A DNA stretch of 64,000 bases from an uncultured Chloroflexia bacterium (GTDB lineage Bacteria > Chloroflexota > Anaerolineae > JAAYZQ01), in assembly GCA_963700285.1 (NCBI GenBank), contig CAVOXA010000009.1:192001-256000 (forward strand). Direction: 5' to 3'. The notes beneath the pieces were generated by a model, which did no database searches, was not told the origin of the DNA, and saw nothing but the letters and a program-made list of their open reading frames with translations. Within the stretch, counting starts at the first letter, position 1. Each line of letters begins with the position of its first letter. Shown piece after piece: positions 38,678 to 47,601 of this stretch. The position numbers and the translations under genes are program-made.

Positions 38678-39493
38678 CTACTGCTCCGCCTGGTAGCGCT
38701 CCACGATTTCGCGGACTGTGGAAACCTCGATGCCCAATTGACCGGCCAGATCGCGCATCCGCAAGTGGGTATCCACTTCCTCGGGCAACCCCAATTCGGC
38801 GATCAGAACCTCCAGCGGCACCTGGCACAGGTCGACGACCTCCTGCAGGGTCATCCGGCCTTTGATCTGGGAGCCGGGGAGTGGGCTGCCGTCCTCGGGC
38901 GGCAGTACTCCCGACCCGGCACCATCGCCCAAGCCCTGCCCCTGATCGCCGCCCGCACCAGATCCCTGGGGCACATGGTCATCGCCGGCCTCAGGGGTCA
39001 CAGGCTGCTGTGCAGGTACCGCAGTGGGCACGGCTGGCGCAGCAGCGGGCTCAGCTGGAATCGGAGTCGGCTTGAGAGGAGCCCGAGACGGCGCCGACTC
39101 AGGCTCTTCCACTGCCTCAGGAGCCTGTTGAGCATCACCAGGAATCCACGTTCCACCGAGGTAGGCAGCCACAGCAATCCTGAGGGCCCACACTTCCGTG
39201 CCCGGCACCAATTTCTCCAGCTCTTTCAGCTCTGTTTCAGGAGGCACTGTCTCATCGGCGCCGATCATTGTATAGAGGACGTCCAGCGGGATGTCATAGG
39301 TTTCGGAGACGGTAGCCAGCGTCATCCAACCCTTGATGCCAGCCGGATCGGCCTGGCCGCTTTCGTCCAGCATGACTTCGCCCCGGCCGCTGGTCTGCCA
39401 GACACCGGCAGCCTTGGCGATCCATACGCTGCCCAGAAGAGTGAGTACAACCAAAACCGGCATCAGGTACTTGTTCACCTTGATGGACTTCAT
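38678..39493 (-). CDS. Membrane-anchored hypothetical protein with two 'IKGxMTL..V' repeats and Pro-rich linker
   Basis: Start overlaps the polyferredoxin stop; one N-terminal TM helix; duplicated ~55-aa module. Confidence 0.75.
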   Translation of the reverse strand: MKSIKVNKYLMPVLVVLTLLGSVWIAKAAGVWQTSGRGEVMLDESGQADPAGIKGWMTLATVSETYDIPLDVLYTMIGADETVPPETELKELEKLVPGTEVWALRIAVAAYLGGTWIPGDAQQAPEAVEEPESAPSRAPLKPTPIPAEPAAAPAVPTAVPAQQPVTPEAGDDHVPQGSGAGGDQGQGLGDGAGSGVLPPEDGSPLPGSQIKGRMTLQEVVDLCQVPLEVLIAELGLPEEVDTHLRMRDLAGQLGIEVSTVREIVERYQAEQ

Positions 39494-40362
39494 ACTACAC
39501 GCTCCTTCTTGCTGGGCTTCAGTGCTCCCGGTAGGGCGGGCCCCAGCGTGACACTTAGGGCTCCGTGCCGGGGACAGACGTCCACACACTCCAGGCAGCC
39601 GATACAGTCGGCCGAGACTGCCAGATCGGCCTGGGCCACGTCGATCTTGACCGGGCACTTCAAATTGCACACGCCGCAGCCCAGGCACTGGCTTTCCTCG
39701 CGCCGGATGCGCAGCAGGCTCAGGTTGCCCATGATGCTGATGGCTCCACCCAGAGGGCAGAGGTAGCGGCACCAGGAGCGCTCGATCAAAACAGCACCGG
39801 CCGTGACAACAAGGGCCACGGCGTAGGCCGGCCAGTGCTCGGCCAGGTTGAACTCAAAGATCCAACCCAAGCCAAAGATCGTACGGTAGGGGTCATAGTC
39901 CGCGAACCACAGTCTGACGGTGGAGACGGTGGCATAGAGGATGAGGGCCAGGGTCAGGTAGCGACCGTAGGTCAAAACGCGATCTAGCCGGGCCGGGACC
40001 TTGATCTCGGGCAGGTGCAGCTTCTTTCGGATCCAGTTGAGCAGGTCCTGGAAGGCGCCAAAAGGGCAGATCCAGCCGCAAAAGGCACCTCCGGCCAGGA
40101 TCACACCGGCGATCAAGCCCAGCAGCAGGACCAGGTTGGACTGGTGGGTCTTTTGGACAAAGAGCCCTCCGCTGCTCAGCCAACGCCACAGCGTCTCAAA
40201 ACCGCCAAAGGGGCAGTAGGCGTCGATAGAAGCCAAATGCTCTGTCGTGATGACATTGTGGCGGATACTGCTGACAATGATAAAAAGCCCAAAGCCCACC
40301 TGGGTCATGCGGCGAAGCAGTTGGGTGCGAGGCCACTGGACCTTCCTGCTGGCAGTTGCCAT
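39490..40362 (-). CDS. Membrane polyferredoxin (NapH/MauN/RdxA-like 4Fe-4S binding protein)
   Basis: 'CPFGG', 'FCGWICPFG', 'WCRYLCPLG', and two CxxCxxCxxxCP motifs. Confidence 0.92.
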   Translation of the reverse strand: MATASRKVQWPRTQLLRRMTQVGFGLFIIVSSIRHNVITTEHLASIDAYCPFGGFETLWRWLSSGGLFVQKTHQSNLVLLLGLIAGVILAGGAFCGWICPFGAFQDLLNWIRKKLHLPEIKVPARLDRVLTYGRYLTLALILYATVSTVRLWFADYDPYRTIFGLGWIFEFNLAEHWPAYAVALVVTAGAVLIERSWCRYLCPLGGAISIMGNLSLLRIRREESQCLGCGVCNLKCPVKIDVAQADLAVSADCIGCLECVDVCPRHGALSVTLGPALPGALKPSKKERVV

Positions 40363-40405
40363 GATGGATCCCCCCTTGCCACGTGTTGTTCCCCCGAACT
40401 TGGCC

Positions 40406-40459
40406 AGTGTAATGGCAGACTGTGAAGAAGTTGTGAAAAAGAAATGCATAAACTGTGAA
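40406..40459 (-). promoter_or_regulatory. TTCACA-N5-TTCACA direct-repeat box plus -10 (TACACT)
   Basis: tgtgaa at 40421, 40432 and 40454 (11-bp phase); -10 element 9 nt downstream on the minus strand. Confidence 0.65.
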
Positions 40460-40683
40460 GGCCCAGCAGCCCTCGCATGCCTATTTGGCAGCATGGATCT
40501 GTGATAGACCATGGGCAGGAAGGTCAATGAAGCGTGGGGCAAGCGCACGGTTCTCGTGGCCTCGAGGGAGTTGACACCTGCCAATTCCTATACTACACTC
40601 TTTTGAATATAGAAACTGTGAGGATACCCGTATCCGTCTGGGCAGAATTCCGTTAGAGTGATTAGTTGATAACCATTGCTTCC

Positions 40684-41244
40684 ATGCCTGCGGACGAGAA
40701 GGCTCTGATCCAGTCAGCTCAGCAGGGCGACGCCGAGGCCTGCACTGTGCTGTACAATCGTCATTATGATGCTGTCTATCGCTACTGCTACTACCGGGTA
40801 GGCGATGTACACCTGGCTCAGGATCTCACAAGCGAGGTCTTTGTACGCATGGTGGACAAGCTGGACACATTCAGAGTACGTGGGCGGCCACTGCTGGCCT
40901 GGCTGTACACCATCGCCCGCAATCTGATCACTGACATGCAACGCCGGCAGGGAAAGGCGGCCCTCATGCCGCTGAACGAAGCATCTGAGTTCCACATGGG
41001 TGACGAGGCAGATCTCACCAGAGACGTGGAACGGAAGCTCGAGGCCGACTGTCTGGCAGCCGCTCTCCGGCATCTGACCGAGGAACAACGCCAGGTGATA
41101 CTGCTCAAGTTCATGGAAGACCTGGATAATGGCCAGGTTGCCCGCCTGCTGGGCAAGACCGAAGGGGCCGTAAAGTCGTTGCAACACCGGGCGCTAGGAG
41201 CATTGCGCCGAGCCGTCACGAAAGAACGCTGTTATGAAGCATGA
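40684..41244 (+). CDS. ECF-family RNA polymerase sigma-70 factor
   Basis: 'AQDLTSEVF', 'AWLYTIARN', 'L..EQRQVILLKF', 'VA.LLGKTEGAVKSLQHRAL..LR'. Confidence 0.95.
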   Translation: MPADEKALIQSAQQGDAEACTVLYNRHYDAVYRYCYYRVGDVHLAQDLTSEVFVRMVDKLDTFRVRGRPLLAWLYTIARNLITDMQRRQGKAALMPLNEASEFHMGDEADLTRDVERKLEADCLAAALRHLTEEQRQVILLKFMEDLDNGQVARLLGKTEGAVKSLQHRALGALRRAVTKERCYEA

Positions 41245-42616
41245 CCTTGATACCGCACTGGACCAATGTCTGGTCAATCTGCGCGGTGGGATGGACATCG
41301 AGAGTTGTCTGGCACAGTACCCAGAGGATGCCCACAAGCTGCGGCCCTTGCTGCAGTTGGTGACGCAGGTAGGCGGGGTGATCATCCCGGCTTCGTCCTC
41401 TGCAGCACGCGCCGCGGGGCAGGAGCAGATGCTGACCGCGCTGGCCAGGAGGCGCGAGCGGGAAGGCGCGACCGATCGGTTCGTCCGTGCCATCAAACGG
41501 ATGGCAATTGGGCTTGTCCCAGGAAGACTCTGGGGCCCGGCGCCAGGTTGGAGCCTGACAGCCGCCGCACTGCTGGTCATCGTGCTGGTTGTGGCTGGCG
41601 GAGTGACTGTCAGGGCCTCAGCAGAAAGTCTGCCGGGTGGAACTCTTTACCCACTGAAACTGGCCAGCCAAAGGTTACAAGTGGCGCTCACCTTCGATGA
41701 GGCGAGGCAGCAAGGACTGGAGGTACAGTTTGAAGCCCAAAGACGACTGGATGTGCAGGCGGTGCTCAAGGGTGGCCAGCAGGCGTCCGTCGAATTCCAG
41801 GGAGTGCTCCAGCGCATGGAGGGAGACATCTGGGTGGTGGGCGGCCTATCAGTCACTTTGCAGGACTCGACCGAGATCTTGGGGCAGCCTCAGCGGGGGG
41901 CCCTGGTCCGGGTGCGGGGCAGCCTGCCCGGCAACGGTAGCCTGCTGGCCACCTGGTTGCACGTGGAGCCAGGCATAACTCAGGAGCCCAGCCAGACACC
42001 ATCGGCAACGGCAACAGAAACGGTGGTTCCGTCTGAGACACCAGAGCCAACCGACACGCCGCAACCGAGCGACACACCACAACCAACAGAAACTGCTGAG
42101 CCAATCGAGACGCCTGAGCCAAGGAGCTCCCCAGAGCCAAAGGAGACGGAAGGGCCGGACGAGACTCCCGAAGCAGGCGAAACCAGTGAGTCCGAGGCGA
42201 CGTCAGAACCGGTCGAGACACCAGAAGCTAAGGGCACACCGGAGCCCGGGGACGAAGCGGAACCCACCGAAGCACCAGAGCCCGAGGATACTCTAGAACC
42301 CGGAGGCGAACCGGACCCGACCGACGCGCCAGAGCCCGAGGATACTCCGGAGCCCGAACACAAACCGAAGCCAACCGATGCGCCAGAGCCCGAGCATACT
42401 CCGGAGTCCGAACACAAACCGAAACCAACCGATGTGCCAGAGCCCGAGCATACTCCGGAGCCCGAACACAAACCGAAAGCAACCGATGCGCCAGAGCCCG
42501 AGCATACTCCAGAGCATGAGGACGAAGCGGAACCGACCCACGCACCAGAGTCGGACGAGGCGCCAGAGGCTGGCAAAGCAGGTCAGGGTGAGCTAGCCAT
42601 ACCGCCTGACGATTAG
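41234..42616 (+). CDS. Putative anti-sigma factor, DUF5667 + DUF5666-like domain with acidic Pro-rich repeat tail
   Basis: Overlaps the sigma gene; 'LDQCL..L', TM helix, 'SLPG..LYPLK...', OB-like 'F.G......W.VGG..V', EPE/TP repeats. Confidence 0.85.
   Translation: MKHDLDTALDQCLVNLRGGMDIESCLAQYPEDAHKLRPLLQLVTQVGGVIIPASSSAARAAGQEQMLTALARRREREGATDRFVRAIKRMAIGLVPGRLWGPAPGWSLTAAALLVIVLVVAGGVTVRASAESLPGGTLYPLKLASQRLQVALTFDEARQQGLEVQFEAQRRLDVQAVLKGGQQASVEFQGVLQRMEGDIWVVGGLSVTLQDSTEILGQPQRGALVRVRGSLPGNGSLLATWLHVEPGITQEPSQTPSATATETVVPSETPEPTDTPQPSDTPQPTETAEPIETPEPRSSPEPKETEGPDETPEAGETSESEATSEPVETPEAKGTPEPGDEAEPTEAPEPEDTLEPGGEPDPTDAPEPEDTPEPEHKPKPTDAPEPEHTPESEHKPKPTDVPEPEHTPEPEHKPKATDAPEPEHTPEHEDEAEPTHAPESDEAPEAGKAGQGELAIPPDD
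42270..42550 (+). repeat. Intragenic 54-bp tandem repeat (18 aa: EPE(H/D)TPEPEHKPKPTDAP)
   Basis: About 5 copies, three near-identical, e.g. ccagagcccgagcatactccggagcccgaacacaaaccgaa. Confidence 0.85.
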
Positions 42617-42719
42617 GCAGCCTGACCGGATCCTCAGGGTTCAAACCCGGAAGTCTTGCGCCTGGATAGCAGAACCTGACAGGCGACAGTAGCACAAACT
42701 GCAAGTGGAGAGGTGACCA

Positions 42720-43694
42720 ATGGATCTTCGCGCGACCAGCTTTGAGGGGCGTCTTGCCCATAACCACGTCAGCCGCAGGCAGTTTCTCAAGTTCTGCGGA
42801 CTGATGACGGCCACGCTGGCCCTGCCGGCCCACTATACCGGCCGCGTTGCCAAGGCCCTGATGACAGCACCACGCCCGCCCGTGGTCTGGCTCGAGTTCC
42901 AGGACTGCACCGGCGACACCGAATCGTTCCTGCGGGCCAGCCAGCCGGGGGTGGACGAGCTGCTGCTGGACATTCTTTCCCTGGACTATCACGAGACACT
43001 CATGGCACCGGCCGGTGCCATGAGCGAGAAATCGCTGCAGGACACGATGAGCCAACTTTCCAGGCCAGTACCTCTGCGTCGTGGAGGGTTCGATCCCCAC
43101 CGCCGCCGGCGGCATCCACTGCATGATCCGCGGCCGGACGGCGCTCAGCATCGCCCAGGAGGTATGCAACAACGCCCTGGCAACCCTCGCCGTGGGCACC
43201 TGTGCCTGGGATGGCGGCCTGGCCGCCGCCGCCGCCCAACCCCACCGGGGCGGTTGGCGTCAGGGATGCCGTGCCCGGGCTGCAGCCCGCTCATCAACCT
43301 GCCCGGCTGCCCGGCCAATGTCGTCAACATCACGGCGACGATCATCCACTTATCTGACCTTCAACGAGTGGCCGCAGACCGACAGTTCGGGGCGGCCCCA
43401 CTTTGCCTATGGCGAGGAGATCCACGACGAGTGCGAACGGCACGACCACTATGAGCACGAACGGTTCGTGCTCGGCCTGGGGCGACCAGGGACACCAGCA
43501 AGGCTGGTGTCTGTTCAAGATGGGCTGCAAAGGACCGGAAACCCACCACAATTGCCCCTCAGTCAAATGGAATGACGGTACCTGCTGGCCCATCGAGGCC
43601 GGGCACGGCTGTCGTGGGCTGCGCCGAAGCGGGCTTCTGGGATCGGATGACACCCTTCTACGTGCCGCTGAACGACGATGAGCATGATGACTAG
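42720..43694 (+). CDS. Group-1-type [NiFe] hydrogenase small subunit (Tat-exported), multiple frameshifts
   Basis: SRRQFLK Tat motif; '[16 protein letters not shown]', 'YHETLM', 'VEGSIP', 'GTCA..GG', 'PGCP', 'HDEC', '[17 protein letters not shown]...WN...[11 protein letters not shown]....FWD'. Ends [12 protein letters not shown] with no TM anchor. Confidence 0.9.
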
Positions 43695-43798
43695 CGTCAA
43701 GCGGCTGGAACTGAACGCTACCTCGTGGCAGGGTGGACAGGATCCAAACCAGGGAAGCTTCCCCCACGAGAACCAAACATACGGAAGGAGAAACCGGT

Positions 43799-45608
43799 AT
43801 GTCCGATCCAACGCCCAATGGGGCGAATAAGCTTCATCTGCCGCTCATACAGGGCCATGATACCTCGGGGAGAGGCGTGCCGCCGGCCTCACAGAGGATT
43901 GCCATCGATCCCATCACGCGGATCGAGGGACACCTGCGCCTCGAGGTCCAGATCGAGAACGGCCAGGTCACCGACGCCTGGAGCGCGGGCATGATGTTCC
44001 GGGGCATCGAGCTGCTGCTGCCGGGGCGGGATCCCCGGGATGCCTGGGTCTTTGCCCAGCGCATCTGCGGCGTCTGAACGACGGTTCACGCCATCTGCTC
44101 CGTGCGAGCAGTTGAAAACGCCCTGGGCATCACCATTCCCGACAATGCCCGCATCCTGCGCAACCTGCTTGAAGGCGCCCAGTTCGTCCAGGACCACGTG
44201 ATTCACTTTTACCATCTCCACGCCCTGGACTGGGTGGACATCGTCAGCGCCCTGTCCGCCGATCCGGCGGCCACCAGCCACCTGGCCCGGTCCATCTCGG
44301 ACTGGCCCAACTCCAGCCCGGCCTACTTTCAGGGGGTGCGGGATCGCCTGCAGACCTTTGTGGACAGCGGCCAACTGGGCCTTTTCGCCAACGCCTACTG
44401 GGGCCATCCCGCGCTACAAGCTGCCGCCCGAGGCCAATCTCCTGGCCGTGGCCCACTACCTGGAGGCGCTGGACTGGCAGCGCGAGATCATCAAGATGCA
44501 TGCCATTCTGGGCGGCAAGAACCCCCATCCGCAGACCTACCTGGTGGGCGGCATGGCCATTCCGGTCGACCCGAACAGCCAGCATGGCATCAATCCGGAG
44601 CGGATCGCCCAGCTGAAGCATCTGGCCGCCCAGGCTCTGGAGTTTGTGCAGAAGGTCTATCTCCCCGACCTGCTGCTGATCGCCTCCTACTATACGGAAT
44701 GGGCCGGACCTGGGCGAGGGAGTGGGCAACTATCTGGCCTATGGCGACTTTCCCGCCGACACTAGCGGCAATCCGGCTGCCCTGTGGCTGCCACAGGGCG
44801 TCGTCTGGAACAAGGACCTCGGCAGCACCGCCAGAAGCCCTGGACCACAACCAGATCCGGGAATATGTCACCCACTCCTGGTACAACTATGCGGAGGGAG
44901 ACGGCGCTGGCCAAGCATCCGTGGGATGGAGAGACGGACTGGAACTATACCGGGCCGCAGCCACCCTTCGACCAACTCGATACGGACGGCAAGTACTCCT
45001 GGCTCAAGGCGCCGCGCTACAACGGCCAGCCCATGGAGGTCGGACCGCTGGCGCGCATGGTGGTGGCCTATGCCGCCGGCCACAGCCGCGTGCGAGAGCT
45101 CGTTCGACTCAGGTGCTCGACCAGCTGGGCGTTGGACCTGAGGCCCTCTTCTCGACGCTGGGCCGGGTAGCGGCGCGGGGCATCGAAACGCTGGTCATCG
45201 CCGAAAAGCTGCAGGGCTGGATCAGCGAACTGGAAACCAACATGAACAGCGGAAACCTGGCCATCCACAACGGGGCGCAAGTGGGATCCCAGCACCTGGC
45301 CGGCCCAGGCCATGGGCTGGGGCATCACCGAAGCGCCGCGCGGTGCGCTGGGCCACTGGGTGCGCATCGAGAACGGGACGATCGCCAACTACCAGTGCGT
45401 CGTGCCCAGCACCTGGAACGGCTCGCCCCGCGACGCCCTCGGCCAGCGCGGCCCCTGGGAGAAGGCGCTCATCGGCACGCCGGTGGCCGATCCGGAAAAG
45501 CCGGTCGAGGTGCTGCGCACCATCCATTCCTTCGATCCCTGCATGGCCTGCGCCGTGCACATCGTCGATCTAGATGGTCGCGAGCTGACAAGGATCCAGA
45601 TCGTATGA
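43799..45608 (+). CDS. Group-1-type [NiFe] hydrogenase large subunit with in-frame UGA in L1 motif (putative Sec); several frameshifts
   Basis: AAGGAG RBS; '[11 protein letters not shown]', 'FRGIE', '[14 protein letters not shown](TGA)TTVH', '[10 protein letters not shown]', 'GGKNPH', '[10 protein letters not shown]', '[10 protein letters not shown]', 'YQ.VVPSTWN', L2 '[12 protein letters not shown]' plus a 15-aa C-terminal extension. Confidence 0.92.
44075..44114 (+). other. In-frame UGA and candidate bacterial SECIS hairpin
   Basis: TGA at 44075-44077; stem CTGCTC (44095-44100), loop CGTGC, GAGCAG (44106-44111). The loop starts 24 nt after the UGA with G at loop position 2. Confidence 0.65.
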
Positions 45609-45631
45609 AACAAGTACCGGGAGCAAGATAG

Positions 45632-45895
45632 ATGTGCCTGGCCATTCCAGCACAGATCAGGTCTATTGACGGCTTTGAAGCACAAGTGGAGATCGGGGGG
45701 GTGAGCCGCACCATCAGCGTGGGGCTCACCCCTGATGCCTCGGTCGGCGATTACGTGTACGTCCACACCGGCTTTGCCATCAGTGTGGTTGACGAGGCTG
45801 AAGCCCAAGAGAGCCTGCAGTTGCTGCGGGAACTCGCCGATACCTACCCGGTGGAAGAGTTGTTCCTGTCTACCGGCGACCTCGCCCCGCCGTAG
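45632..45895 (+). CDS. hypC: HypC/HybG/HupF hydrogenase maturation chaperone
   Basis: MCLAIPA N-terminus; 'VGDYVYVHTGFAI'. Confidence 0.95.
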   Translation: MCLAIPAQIRSIDGFEAQVEIGGVSRTISVGLTPDASVGDYVYVHTGFAISVVDEAEAQESLQLLRELADTYPVEELFLSTGDLAPP

Positions 45896-45919
45896 CTGAC
45901 AAGGACGGCGTTGGACACT

Positions 45920-45948
45920 TTTACACCCAGTGAGAAATGTGGTAAAAT
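45920..45948 (+). promoter_or_regulatory. Sigma-70-like promoter of cytochrome gene
   Basis: TTTACA-N17-TAAAAT with TGTG extended -10. Confidence 0.55.
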
Positions 45949-46066
45949 AATGGGGCAGCCATCTTGCGGATGCATCCGGCGGAATAAGCTTAGAACAAGC
46001 GCACGCGGTTGATCTTGGGCCTACGACAGGCCCCCTTACAGAACGTTCAAGGAGGAGGTAGCAACT

Positions 46067-47416
46067 ATGGATGTTGTTAGGTCGAAATGGCTGATAATCA
46101 GCGTCTTGTTCCTGGCTGGCCTCTGTGCCAGCATCGTCGCACTCAGCGCCTGGACCGAACCGGCTGCCGCCGCGCCCGAACTGGGTGCGACGGGGCCCGG
46201 TCTTGAAACCGGCTCTCCGGCTGCTGGCAATTATGTCGTTCTAACTTGGAACGATCTGGGCATGCACTGTTACAACCCTGACTTTCAGGACATCGGCGTC
46301 CTGCCTCCCTGGAATACCCTTTGGGCGCAGGTTGTCCGGGTGGGGAACCCGCCCCAGATCGTCAGCAGCGGCATCAAGGTGACGTTTGAGTTTCCCGACA
46401 ACACCTACTCGGTTGGCAAGTCCGACTTCTGGGACCAGAGCCCCTACCGGAGCGGCCAAAACGCTGAACTGCTCTTCAATCTGCCCCAGCCCTTGCCGGC
46501 AAACGTAGGCTTGACCGGTACTGGCTTGGCAGGTGAGATGGAGCTGCGCGGAGATCACTTTGTGGCTGAAGGAATCCCGTTGACAGAGTACCGGGACAGT
46601 GCCCCCTCAACTCCCTACCCCTACCAGTTGGCGACGGTCATCGCCCGTGACGCCAGCACCGGCCAGGAACTGGCCCGTACCGTGACCGTCGCGCCAGTCT
46701 CGACAGAGATGCACTGCGACAACTGTCACTATGACAATGGCCCTGGCAATGAGGATTTCGCCACAGGGGTAGTGGAGCAGAACATCCTGTCCCAGCACGA
46801 TGAAGAGAACATGGACAAGTACCCAACCGGTCACCAGGGAGCATTGATGAACCGGCGGCCCGTTCTCTGCGCCGAATGCCACGCCTCGAACGCGCTGCAA
46901 GCCCCCGGTGCGCCGGGCGTCCCGAACCTGTCGAAGGCCATCCACGACAAGCACGAGGGCAAGGTCCCCGACACGCTGGCGGGCTGCTACAACTGCCATC
47001 CAGGCCCCCAGACCGAGTGCCTGCGCGGCGTCATGTCGGACCAATATGACATGGATTGCATGGACTGCCACGGCGGCATGGATGCCGTCTCCAAGAACCC
47101 CAATCCCTGGCTCAACGAACCGCGCTGCGACAACGCAGCCTGCCACGGCAGCGCCTACCAGCAGGACCAGCCCCTGTACCGGATGTCCAAGGAGCACGGC
47201 GGCGTCTATTGCGAGGGTTGTCACGACAGCACGCATGCCATCGCCCCCAGCGCCGAACCGAATGACGCCATCAAGTTCATCGCCTGGCAGGGGCACGCGG
47301 GCACGCTGGACACCTGCACCGTCTGCCACGCTTCTCAGCCTTCGGGTGGGGGTCCGCACGGCTCCGAGCCGTCACAGCGTTGGTACCTCTACCTGCCGCT
47401 CGTCGTGCGGAACTAG
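46067..47416 (+). CDS. Secreted multiheme cytochrome c (6 CxxCH + 1 CxxxxCH) with C-terminal 'YLYLPLV' motif
   Basis: Signal peptide; N-terminal 'WNDLGMHC' domain; CDNCH, CAECH, CYNCH, CMDCH, CDNAACH, CEGCH, CTVCH; AGGAGG RBS. Confidence 0.92.
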   Translation: MDVVRSKWLIISVLFLAGLCASIVALSAWTEPAAAAPELGATGPGLETGSPAAGNYVVLTWNDLGMHCYNPDFQDIGVLPPWNTLWAQVVRVGNPPQIVSSGIKVTFEFPDNTYSVGKSDFWDQSPYRSGQNAELLFNLPQPLPANVGLTGTGLAGEMELRGDHFVAEGIPLTEYRDSAPSTPYPYQLATVIARDASTGQELARTVTVAPVSTEMHCDNCHYDNGPGNEDFATGVVEQNILSQHDEENMDKYPTGHQGALMNRRPVLCAECHASNALQAPGAPGVPNLSKAIHDKHEGKVPDTLAGCYNCHPGPQTECLRGVMSDQYDMDCMDCHGGMDAVSKNPNPWLNEPRCDNAACHGSAYQQDQPLYRMSKEHGGVYCEGCHDSTHAIAPSAEPNDAIKFIAWQGHAGTLDTCTVCHASQPSGGGPHGSEPSQRWYLYLPLVVRN

Positions 47417-47545
47417 GCATGCAAGTCGCTCCAGGTGAAGGGAATGCCTGTCGCGGCGCCGCTATGTCGGGCTAGGTTGGGCCTCGAAGGCCTGGAGGAG
47501 TTCTGCGGGGGTTCGCTGGGATCGTAACAGCAGAACTCGCAATGA

Positions 47546-47578
47546 AAAGCGGGAAGGAGCCAAGCTCCTTCCCGCTTT
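47546..47578. terminator. Bidirectional intrinsic terminator
   Basis: AAAGCGGGAAGGAGC-CAA-GCTCCTTCCCGCTTT, a perfect 15-bp stem between convergent genes. Confidence 0.85.
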
Positions 47579-47601
47579 GTACCTGATCGACTTGCTTTTC
47601 G

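Noticed and set aside
42270-42550. Regular repeats that might be a CRISPR array
   Set aside because: In-frame 54-bp coding repeats with no unique spacers and no cas genes.
43733-44077. Stand-alone 114-aa ORF ending RICGV
   Set aside because: It is the N-terminus of the hydrogenase large subunit; homology continues in frame past the TGA.
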